From Minisyncoccia bacterium (GTDB taxonomy: Bacteria > Patescibacteriota > Minisyncoccia > Phycocordibacterales > JAKFXT01): a DNA stretch of 53,348 bases. The stretch is from NCBI GenBank assembly GCA_041485465.1, contig JBGPJO010000005.1, positions 1-53,348 on the forward strand, written 5' to 3'. A program made the translations under genes and the position numbers. Under the pieces are notes generated by a model, which worked only from the letters and a program-made list of their open reading frames with translations, searched no databases and was not told the origin of the DNA. Shown one piece after another: positions 1 to 9,500 of this stretch (position 1 is the first letter of the stretch; each line of letters starts with the position of its first letter).

Positions 1-1295
<1,295 letters not shown>

Positions 1296-1383
1296 TACAC
1301 CACTTATTAAACGAGTTGCTCGTTTTTGCCTGCCTGACACTCTCTGAGGCATTGCTACCCTAAAGAGTGCGGCATACTACAAT

Positions 1384-1418
1384 CCACACGTTTCGTTTTT
1401 GAAAAACGAAACGTGTGG
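1384..1418. repeat. 35-nt near-perfect palindrome (17-bp arms) in the 23S upstream leader
   Basis: CCACACGTTTCGTTTTT g AAAAACGAAACGTGTGG. The arms at 1384-1400 and 1402-1418 are exact reverse complements. Confidence 0.9.
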
Positions 1419-1532
1419 CTTACCCACCTGTCTCCGCGCACATAAAGACCCCTCTGCCTTGGTCGACAGAAAAGTGGCGCGTGACAGAATGCTATTATCA
1501 ATGAATCAATCGTACGGACAAATTTCGAAAAC

Positions 1533-1558
1533 AAAAAACCGCTTTCCAAAGCGGCTTT
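1533..1558 (-). terminator. Intrinsic-terminator-like hairpin followed by a U-run
   Basis: The minus strand reads AAAGCCGCTTTGGAAAGCGGTTTTTTGTTTT: a GC-containing stem followed by a T-run. Confidence 0.5.
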
Positions 1559-1636
1559 AGGACATGCAAAAAATTTGCGCTATCCTTCCCGCTTTGTTTT
1601 TTGATTTTTTGTTTTTCCCTGCATCAGAATAAAACA

Positions 1637-1664
1637 AGTATACTCGGCTGGAAACCTTTGTCAA
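1637..1664 (-). promoter_or_regulatory. Sigma70-like promoter (TTGACA-16-TATACT)
   Basis: The minus strand reads TTGACA (1664-1659), a 16-nt spacer, then TATACT (1642-1637). It lies between two terminators and upstream of the 23S gene. Confidence 0.45.
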
Positions 1665-1684
1665 ATATACCCTACCAGCAAAGG

Positions 1685-1713
1685 AAAAAACCCCTTCAAA
1701 TAAGGGGTTTTTT
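1685..1713 (-). terminator. Bidirectional-type hairpin terminator after the membrane-protein gene
   Basis: AAAAAACCCCTT caaat AAGGGGTTTTTT. It starts 25 nt downstream of the stop of CDS 1738-2427. Confidence 0.65.
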
Positions 1714-1737
1714 CGAAGAAAAGAATTGCTTGCGGAA

Positions 1738-2427
1738 TTATTGTCTCTCCGAGGTTTCTTTCCTAACGCTTTCAATAAAGCGTGAAGCGGCATCTTGTCC
1801 GCCTAAGCCAAAGGCAAGCCCCGCGGCAACCGAAACTGCGACAACAACACCGGTGAAAAGCGTTTGAACAAAGGGCGCGGCAATGCCGAGCTGGTAGAGC
1901 GCGGTCAAAAGCGCGAAGATCCAAATCGCCCATTTGGTGAAGCTTCCCAGGAAATTAGCGGAAGAAACGCCCCCGGCAGCGGCGGCGCTTGAGACTATTC
2001 TCTGCATTACCTGAGCAACGACGCCGGCAACGAGAAGAATAAGAACCGCGACAATTACCTGCGGCAAGTACAGTAGGACAACCTGCTGGAGAAAGATATT
2101 GACCTGAGTAAGGCCCAGAACATCAAATGATGCGATCAAAAAGACGACGATGATGAACCATTCGATGAGCATGCCGACGAAACGTCCCGAATGGAGATGA
2201 AGTCCTGCCTTATGGAGAACCGTTTCGACGCCCGCGCTCCGTAAAGCGTTGTCGACCTTAATGGTATCAATGACTTTTTCCACCACTCTTCCAAGAAGTG
2301 ATCCGACAACCCAGCCCGCAAGGAAGATAATGATGGCAATGAGGAGGTTTGGAAGAAAGCTCACCACCCCGAAGCCAAGATCCCGGAATGACTGTGCAAG
2401 CACGCCACCCCATGTCTGAAGTATCAT
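1738..2427 (-). CDS. Multi-pass membrane protein with two conserved-TM-helix-like repeats of the type seen at the N-termini of MscS-like proteins
   Basis: 229-aa ORF with four or more hydrophobic spans. It contains repeated LPNLLIAIIIFLAGWVVGSLLGRVV and LPQVIVAVLILLVAGVVAQVMQRIV motifs and is followed by a terminator. Confidence 0.75.
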   Translation of the reverse strand: MILQTWGGVLAQSFRDLGFGVVSFLPNLLIAIIIFLAGWVVGSLLGRVVEKVIDTIKVDNALRSAGVETVLHKAGLHLHSGRFVGMLIEWFIIVVFLIASFDVLGLTQVNIFLQQVVLLYLPQVIVAVLILLVAGVVAQVMQRIVSSAAAAGGVSSANFLGSFTKWAIWIFALLTALYQLGIAAPFVQTLFTGVVVAVSVAAGLAFGLGGQDAASRFIESVRKETSERQ

Positions 2428-2574
2428 ATGATTTTCCGCGAATTTCGCAGTTTAACTTCTAAATTAATAAATCCTCAGCCAGAAAAATCCGACTTTGGAA
2501 GACCTTTCTAACTACCATAATTTTATCATGAAGAAAGGGCTATTTTCTAACCTGTGTGGATAATAGATTTTGCC

Positions 2575-3192
2575 TTACAGGCCTATTTTATTGAGAATTT
2601 TCTTATGTGGATAGTCTAAAACATCCCTTACCAGACGGTCAAAGACACTCAAACGATAGTTAAAATCGGGGGTTTCAAGAAGAGTATACCGGAGTTCTCT
2701 CCCTAATGTTGCCTCAAAGGAGCGCATCGCTCGGTCAATCGACTGTTTATCAAGCTTGTCGCCGACAACCAGAAGATCAAGCCTGTTGTCGGGGTTTTCG
2801 AGAAAAATACCGGAAGCAACGATAAGTTTTACTCTGCCGTTTTGATTCAAGCGTTTTAAAATCATATCGCTGGAAAGCGGATTGGTGGCAACAAACAGAT
2901 TTTTAAAAGCCAGCGCATGGGGAAAAAGCGGGTTGAGGGTAATTCCGAATGTCGCGCTTTTCTTTTTTGACTTTTTTGACTGCCGTTTCAAAGATGTCCC
3001 TCCGAATATCTTTTTTATCCTGATGAGACCCACTTTCCTTAAAAATTCTCCTTCTTTCTTAAGTATTCGCGCTCGGAGCCTTGTGCGATTTTGAAGTTCG
3101 GAGACAGTATAAAATTTTTTGTCGTTCAAAAACAGAAACCGCATCAATTTTATCCGAGACTCGTTTCCAAAAAGTTTCGAGACAATGTCCAT
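2575..3192 (-). CDS. Hypothetical protein with an N-terminal winged-helix-like region (putative regulator)
   Basis: 205-aa ORF. The N-terminus RIKLMRFLFLNDKKFYTVSELQNRTRL resembles an ArsR/MarR-type wHTH. I do not recognise the C-terminal domain. Confidence 0.65.
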   Translation of the reverse strand: MDIVSKLFGNESRIKLMRFLFLNDKKFYTVSELQNRTRLRARILKKEGEFLRKVGLIRIKKIFGGTSLKRQSKKSKKKSATFGITLNPLFPHALAFKNLFVATNPLSSDMILKRLNQNGRVKLIVASGIFLENPDNRLDLLVVGDKLDKQSIDRAMRSFEATLGRELRYTLLETPDFNYRLSVFDRLVRDVLDYPHKKILNKIGL

Positions 3193-3291
3193 TGTTATAT
3201 ATTCTACATGGAGAAAAACGATTGGCTACAAAATGAAACTACCGCTTGACAGTCTGTCAAGCGGTAGTTTCCTGTATATCAATCGGTAGTT

Positions 3292-3687
3292 TTATTTAAG
3301 CGTCACTTTTCCTCCGGCCTCCTCGATTCTCTTTTTGAGAGCACCCGCTTCCTCTTTCTTCATGCCACTTTTAAGCATGCCGGGGGCCGCATCAACGAGA
3401 TCTTTAGCTTCTTTAAGACCAAGCGCGAGAACCTCCTTCACAATCTTGATAAGAGCGATTTTATTCGCGCCAGCGTCCGTAAGCTCGACATCAAACATCG
3501 TTTTCTCTTCGGTCGCGGCAACGCTCAAAGCGGCCGCGGGAGCGGCGGCCGCCACCGCTGAAACCCCGAATTTCTTCTCGAGAAGTTTCACCAGTTCGTT
3601 CAAATCAAGCACGCTCATGTTCTCAATTGAGTCAACGAGTGTCTTGAATTTTGAGGGAACCTCTACTGCATTTTGTTCATCTGCCAT
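3292..3687 (-). CDS. rplL: 50S ribosomal protein bL12 (L7/L12)
   Basis: 131 aa with an Ala-rich hinge ([10 protein letters not shown]) and the C-terminal domain [24 protein letters not shown]...GGKVTLK. Confidence 0.95.
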   Translation of the reverse strand: MADEQNAVEVPSKFKTLVDSIENMSVLDLNELVKLLEKKFGVSAVAAAAPAAALSVAATEEKTMFDVELTDAGANKIALIKIVKEVLALGLKEAKDLVDAAPGMLKSGMKKEEAGALKKRIEEAGGKVTLK

Positions 3688-3705
3688 AGTATTGTATATA
3701 CGCTA

Positions 3706-4194
3706 TTAATTTTTCTTCTTGGCTATTTGATCAAGCGAAATAACCAAACGCTCGATGGGAGAATTAATAAGATTGACGAGTTGCCCGTAGAGAACTTCAA
3801 GAGGCGGAATAGTCGCAATTGAGAGCATTTTTTCACGATTGAGATATTTGCCTTCAAATATACCGCCGACGATTTTGATGGCGTCTTTGAATTTCTTTTC
3901 GAAAGAAAATACCTCGCGCGATGGCGCAATAAGGTCATCCCCATAGGCAAGCGCGACCTCGCCCGGAAAATCCGGAAGATCACCCTCAACATTCGTACTA
4001 GAAAGTGCACGTTTCAAAAGTGTTTTCTTTGAAACAAAATATCCGACACCTTTTTCCCGCAATTCCTTGCGCATACGGGAAGAATCGTTCACCTTAAGTC
4101 CCGTGAAGTTTACAAACACGAATGATTTTCCCTTTTTGAGAATATCGCTCGCTTTCTCAACAATTTCCTTTTTTTTATTTCTTGTAATTGCCAT
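3706..4194 (-). CDS. rplJ: 50S ribosomal protein uL10
   Basis: MAITRNKKKEIVEK...FVNFTGLKVNDSSRMRKELREKGVGYFVSKKTLLKRAL is typical L10. The ATG at 4194 is preferred over the track's GTG at 4212, which directly abuts a U-run. Confidence 0.9.
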   Translation of the reverse strand: MAITRNKKKEIVEKASDILKKGKSFVFVNFTGLKVNDSSRMRKELREKGVGYFVSKKTLLKRALSSTNVEGDLPDFPGEVALAYGDDLIAPSREVFSFEKKFKDAIKIVGGIFEGKYLNREKMLSIATIPPLEVLYGQLVNLINSPIERLVISLDQIAKKKN

Positions 4195-4212
4195 GCTGTC
4201 TTTGTGGCTCAC

Positions 4213-4307
4213 ATAAAAATAAAAAGAGCCTTTGATCTTAGGCTCTCCGTGAGGAGTATTTTCGACCTCGGCAGGACTTATAGATGCCTGCTTTCTTCGG
4301 CCTAAGT
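4213..4307 (-). promoter_or_regulatory. Candidate rplJ (L10) leader with alternative pairings
   Basis: In the minus-strand RNA, CUUAGGC (4306-4300) can pair with GCCUAAG (4243-4237), enclosing the hairpins GCAGG...CCUGC and CCGAGG...CCUCaCGG. A competing hairpin AGAGCC(4246-4241)/GGCUCU(4230-4225) is followed by UUUUAUUUUUAU. Confidence 0.35.
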
Positions 4308-4313
4308 AAAAAA

Positions 4314-4342
4314 AGATTACCTCCTCCTAGCCCCAAAGTCAA
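4314..4342 (-). promoter_or_regulatory. Sigma70-like promoter for rplJL (TTGACT-17-TAATCT)
   Basis: The minus strand reads TTGACT (4342-4337), a 17-nt spacer, then TAATCT (4319-4314), just after the stop of the upstream gene. Confidence 0.4.
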
Positions 4343-4344
4343 CC

Positions 4345-4839
4345 TCAAACTTTTGGCCCGACCTCTTTCACCTCAGGCGGCCGCTTCGCTTGAGTTTCCA
4401 TCTTGGAGTGTTCGGCACGCCAGCCGATCATATTAATGAGAACCTGAATGAATGTGGCGAGGCCGGAAATTGCAAGAATAAGAATGACAAACCAGGCCAT
4501 CGGCATCACAAAATAAAAGAAGGCGACAAAGGTTCCCGCCCACATGCCGAAACACCACGGACAGTTTAGCAGATCTCCCGCCGTCTTAAGCGCCCCACCT
4601 GAGGCACTCGCGAAATAATCACGGACGAAAAGCATCACTCTGTCATAGACGAAAAGACGAACAAGCCTGAATGTTGCAAGCACAAGAAGCATAAAATCAA
4701 ACCAGGAGACGTCTTTGGGAAATTGATTATCAACAAGCCAGACGAGCCCAGAGAACACAAAAACCAAAACAATATATATAAGAGTATAAATAGAATTCCA
4801 GCGATTCTCCTCGTTCTCGAATAGTTGCTTGATCGTCAT
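4345..4839 (-). CDS. DUF1360-like membrane protein
   Basis: Hydrophobic protein with the LLNCPWCFGMWAG motif, which I recall as characteristic of DUF1360. The ATG at 4839 is preferred because the track start at 4884 is a TTG. Confidence 0.7.
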   Translation of the reverse strand: MTIKQLFENEENRWNSIYTLIYIVLVFVFSGLVWLVDNQFPKDVSWFDFMLLVLATFRLVRLFVYDRVMLFVRDYFASASGGALKTAGDLLNCPWCFGMWAGTFVAFFYFVMPMAWFVILILAISGLATFIQVLINMIGWRAEHSKMETQAKRPPEVKEVGPKV

Positions 4840-4877
4840 AAGAAGAAGTTTAACAAAGAATTCTGATTTTTCAGTGG

Positions 4878-4906
4878 TTGACAATTAACAATATGTGTGA
4901 TATCAT
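4878..4906 (+). promoter_or_regulatory. Sigma70-like promoter (TTGACA-17-TATCAT)
   Basis: TTGACA at 4878-4883, a 17-nt spacer, then TATCAT at 4901-4906. The track's TTG start codon at 4878 is the -35 box itself. Confidence 0.5.
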
Positions 4907-4946
4907 TTCAAAAGAACCCGTCCCCAGAAAGGAAAGGATAGGGTAC

Positions 4947-5318
4947 ATGACACGCCGACTCCTTCTGATAACAGGCGAGGAAGTGACCGAGAGCGGCCTC
5001 GCTTTATATGTCTTGGGCATCTCTCGTATTTGGCGCGATAACGCCAAGATAACAGTTGAACTGATAAGGGCTCTTTTCCGAAAGAACGGCTCCGACTTCT
5101 CGCCAGAAGCAAAGGAGTTGTTGAAAAAGGCGGGGATGCTTGAATCGGACCAAAACCTTAAGGTCGAGGCTGAAAAGGTTTTACGAGCGATGACCTGGAA
5201 TTTTTCCCAAATGAGCCCATCGTCAGGTGATCTTAGGAATCCCATTCCGTGGGGAGATCTTCTCTTCAAGGAAATGGGGGAGACAATGAGAATAATACTT
5301 CAAACTCCTGGGGCTTAG
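4947..5318 (+). CDS. Hypothetical protein
   Basis: The ATG at 4947 is preceded by AGGAAAGGA. The composition is more protein-like than the overlapping antisense ORF 4871-5269, and a plus-strand terminator follows. Confidence 0.55.
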   Translation: MTRRLLLITGEEVTESGLALYVLGISRIWRDNAKITVELIRALFRKNGSDFSPEAKELLKKAGMLESDQNLKVEAEKVLRAMTWNFSQMSPSSGDLRNPIPWGDLLFKEMGETMRIILQTPGA

Positions 5319-5327
5319 AGCTCATCA

Positions 5328-5360
5328 CCGCGGCAGTCTTCAAAGACTGCCGCGGTTTTA
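5328..5360 (+). terminator. Intrinsic terminator
   Basis: CCGCGGCAGTCTT..AAGACTGCCGCGG followed by TTTTACTTTTT. Confidence 0.65.
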
Positions 5361-5519
5361 CTTTTTAGGTGAGAAGAAATTAATGACCGCGCCGGTAAGA
5401 CTAAAGCTATTGGCGTCAGCATACGCCGAGATCCCGATCAAGACGCTAAGGCTCACGAGAATAAAGAGGAGAAAGCTTGCAATGAAGGAAGCTGAGTTTT
5501 TATTGAAGAAACGAAACAT
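5358..5519 (-). CDS. Small (53 aa) hydrophobic peptide not on the ORF track, translationally coupled to the TPR gene
   Basis: Hand translation gives MFRFFNKNSASFIASFLLFILVSLSVLIGISAYADANSFSLTGAVINFFSPKK*. Its ATG (5519-5517) directly abuts the TAG stop (5522-5520) of the upstream gene. Confidence 0.4.
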   Translation of the reverse strand: MFRFFNKNSASFIASFLLFILVSLSVLIGISAYADANSFSLTGAVINFFSPKK

Positions 5520-6335
5520 CTATTTAAGAGCATCGAGCTCGGCTTGAATCGAATCAATAAGTTTCTGATTTTTTGCCGTTTGAGCTTTTACCAGAACTTG
5601 CTCATAGTAGATCCTGGCATTCGCGTTATCACCTTTTTCTTTGTAGTACGTCGCAAGCTGAATGACAAGGTCAATATCTTCGGGATTAGCCGCAATCCCC
5701 TGCTTTAAAATGTCGGCCGCTTTAGTGGTATTGGTCTGATACGAGAGCTTGTAGAGGTTGGCAAGATTTATGTATGAGAGGACATATTTTTTATCGTTTT
5801 TAATCGCCTGAAGAAAATTACTCTCCGCTTTCGGATAATCCTTAAGATAATAGTGGTAAAGATCCCCTAAATTGTTGAATGTCACAACGTTTCCGGGCGA
5901 GAGTAGTGAAGCATATTCCCAAGCATCTCTTGCCGCCTGATAATCCCCCGCCTCTTTGTAGGCAATACCAAGCCCGATCCAGTCTTGAAGCGAATACGGA
6001 TTTTTCTTGAGGTCGGTGGCAGTTGCGCTTACAGACCGATCGATAATTGCCCGTACATCGGAAGTGATGGAGGAAGAGTAATTTATTTTCCTATCAAGTG
6101 AGGGCGCTTTCGGAAGAGTTTTGACATTAACCGGTGTTACGTTTCCTGCAGGCACGCTCGCATCAATACTCACACCATTCACCGAAACACCATTTTGAGT
6201 TGAAGTTCCTGTTGTATTGTTTTGAGATCCGCTAGGAGATATGCTTCCTTTCCTATCGAATACATACCAAAGAGCACCCGCCATAATAATTAGAATTGTA
6301 ATCACACTAGCTATTATTTTTTGAATTTTGGTCAT
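5520..6335 (-). CDS. Membrane-anchored TPR-repeat protein
   Basis: 271 aa with an N-terminal TM span (IIASVITILIIMAGALWYVF), a Ser/Thr/Asn linker and several TPR-like units (AYKEAGDYQAARDAWEYA, LANLYKLSYQ, ATYYKEKGDNANARIYYEQVL). Confidence 0.85.
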   Translation of the reverse strand: MTKIQKIIASVITILIIMAGALWYVFDRKGSISPSGSQNNTTGTSTQNGVSVNGVSIDASVPAGNVTPVNVKTLPKAPSLDRKINYSSSITSDVRAIIDRSVSATATDLKKNPYSLQDWIGLGIAYKEAGDYQAARDAWEYASLLSPGNVVTFNNLGDLYHYYLKDYPKAESNFLQAIKNDKKYVLSYINLANLYKLSYQTNTTKAADILKQGIAANPEDIDLVIQLATYYKEKGDNANARIYYEQVLVKAQTAKNQKLIDSIQAELDALK

Positions 6336-6560
6336 AAAAGATATACTACCTTATCAAAGAATTCTAATCAAAAAATTAAAGCGCCATACGTTCGCGCTTT
6401 ATCCCTCGCTTAGGCTCGGGATGCTCAAAAAATATACTCGCCCCACTCGTTATTTTTTGGCAAATACAAAAACCCCTCAACAAATGTTGAGGGGTTTTTG
6501 CTAGCTACCCTAGGAGATCGTGATGGCTGTCAGAATCTTAAAGGGTTCACAAGTCGCTAA

Positions 6561-9500
6561 TTATTTCGCGAGAACGCGTTGCGTACAGTCTTGACCAAGA
6601 CCAGAACTTGAGAAGCAGCCTGGCAAGCCGTAGCCGTTCGTCCAGTCATTGTTGAAGTTTGTGACTGTAGTCGTTGAGTTCGGTGACCAGATCATCTTGC
6701 TACTTGCAATACCAGAGGTCGCAACCGTACCCAAGAGAGGATCGCCCGAACCCGAGATCACTTGAAGTGACGGGTAGGCGGTATCGGCTTTGAGAGCGAT
6801 ACCGATAGATCCGTTCTGGCCCGAGTTACCGGTTAAGGTAAGTGTGCCACGAAGGGTATAACTCTTCGTCTGACCGGCGGCGACCGTGTTGTCTTGCGTG
6901 TTGCTAACGCTATCGAAGTAGACGGTGATCGTCCCTGGGTTATTTACCACGTCGAAGTTCACGTTCGTCGTCGAAGCAACGTTGCCGTTTGGACCAGAGA
7001 AGGTCGGTGAGGCGAGAGTCGCTGTCGTTGTCGAGTAGCTGAAGACGATCTTGTTGAGCTTAACATCGCCAGTGCTGTTTGCCTGGACGTTTAAGACCAA
7101 GAGATCATTCACGCCGGACTGTGCTGTTGCGCCAGTCGTCGAGTAGGTGAAGATCGGGTAACTCTTGAAGACGCGGACGCCCGCAACTGCTGTGTCTGAG
7201 GCCGCGGCGGGCGGGTTAAGAGTTATGCCTGAATCATTACCAGTACCTTGTGTACCAGTTGTATCCTGGCCGTCGTAGTCAACCTTAATGAGCGCGCCCG
7301 GCTTGGCGTTGGCGCCAATACCAGCAAAAGCGTTTAGGGTCGCAAGATCAGCTTTGAGTGTAATCAACTTGTAGCTGTCTTTCGGAACGGTCACCGTTGA
7401 GGTCAAGGTCGAGGTTGCGTTGCGGCTTGAACCAGTGAAGGTAGCCGTACCAACCTGCGTTGCACCATCCCACAAAGTAACCTGAACAAGATCAGCCGGA
7501 GTCGATGAGGCAGAAGAGCTTATGGGCGATAACTGAAGCGAGATCTTCTGCATGTTGATTGCTTCGTTCGTCGAGGTAAGGCGGAGAACTCCAACCGTTA
7601 CGCCCGTTGAACCGTTCGTCGCGACTCCGTATGACGGAGATGACGAGTCAAGGGTCACTGCGAGCGTGCCGTTCGCAACCGCCATCGTACCTGCGCTACC
7701 AGTTGTAATGACAAGGCCAGTTGAAGCGCCACTAAGAGTGTTGCCGGAAGTAAATCCGGTTGCTGTCCATGTGTCGCCAGAGTTCACGCTCCATGCGTAA
7801 GTACTTACACCCGATGCCACAAGGTTACACTTAAGAGCCAATGAGACGATCGTGCCCTTTGGAACGGTGAGCGAACTATCCAAGTGAAATACTATCGTTG
7901 CGGGAGTGGTGCTCGCTGCGCCTGACGGAGGTAGAGGAACATTCGAGCCCGTGTTTACAGGATTCGAGGCATTGTAGAGCTGACAAGCTGAAATGTCTAT
8001 AACACTCGCGCTCGTCAAACGAAGCGGGATTGTGGAGATACGGATATCTTCACCTGATTGCGAAGCATCAAGTTGAACATTCGCGTACGTAACTCCAGTA
8101 CCACCAGCCACAATATTCATTGAAGCCGGGGTTGCGGACATAGAGACGGCAAGAGTCGCGCTCTTAACTGTCATGGTGTTCATGGCGACCTGAGTAGTCG
8201 GAAGATTCGTAATAGAATTTCCAGACACTTGACCCGTCACATTTGACCATTGAGTTGAAGGCGTTGTTTTGACTACAATAGTCGCGTTATTCGCCGTACC
8301 GGACGGAATCTTACCCTTCAAGGTATACGTATGTGAACCTGTCGGGAAGGTTACCGTATCGGTAAAGGTCAACGTAGCTGTAGTCCAGTCAACCGGACCG
8401 GCGACAACTGCGCCATTCTCATTGTAGAGGGAGACGTTGGTGATGCCGCCGCTAAATGCTCCGACGGTAGTCGATGAGAAACTCATAGACTGGACTGAGA
8501 CGGGTTCACCAACAAAGTTGGTAGTAAATCCGCCGAGAATCTGATTCGGAACGTTAACCGCAATGTTCTGGGAAATAACTGAAGTTGCCTTAGAGATTGA
8601 CGTTGCCTGACCCGGGTTCACTGTTATAAGTGACGCACTGAAGAGCGGGGTACCGGGTGTATTGGTTGAAGACGAGGTAATTGCATTACCGTCACTGGTG
8701 ATGAATTCAGAACCAGTGGTTGCGGCCGATGCAGTGTTACCACTCGGCAATGGTGTAACGCCGTAGTGGTATATCTCACCGCTAAGGTAGACATCGGTGT
8801 TCTTGTAGATATCGAACTGAACGGTGCGACCTGAAACGCTTGAACCGACAATGTCGCCCTGGATGTAGACATCTTTCGAGAGACCTTTGTCAATTAGGAT
8901 ACCAGAGGTGAACGATGCAGTGTAGTACTTACCATCTGTTGAGACGGTTGTCGGGTACGCTGTGCCGTCAATATAGACCATGACGTTCGCAAGGTCGTTC
9001 GCACCCGCAGAACCGGATTGGTTGAAGCGGATAGACCAGAGCCTGAGCGCTTCTGCGGAACCAGCAGTAATGCGGATACCGGAGAAGATAACATTGGTAT
9101 TACCAATGTTTTTTGTCTGGGCACCGAGCGGATCAAATGACGAAACGACCATTTGAGCGGCGCCGAGCGCCAGAGTGGCGTTGATTGTCTGAGCGGCTCC
9201 CGTAATCGGGAACGAGCCATTGACTGTTGCTGAAGTGTTTACACCGACGATACTAAGAGCCGCAACCTGACCCGCGTATGCGGCGAGGTTTGTATTCATG
9301 TTGCCGGCGATTGTAAACGACTGTGAGGTACCACGCGGGATCGTGAATGGATCCCCGACGGTGGCTTGGTGATTTGAATTGAGAGTCTTTGCGATGCCAA
9401 TCTGGATACCATTGCTGTTGAGAAGCACAATACCAGAGAAGACCGCATCTTGGGCAAGACCGCCACGCTGAACCGCAATGCTATTGACCGTTATATCACC

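Noticed and set aside
4871-5269. 132-aa minus-strand ORF antisense to CDS 4947-5318
   Set aside because: Its translation is Ser/Arg/Phe-rich. The plus-strand frame has a consensus promoter, an SD-like box and a plus-strand terminator.
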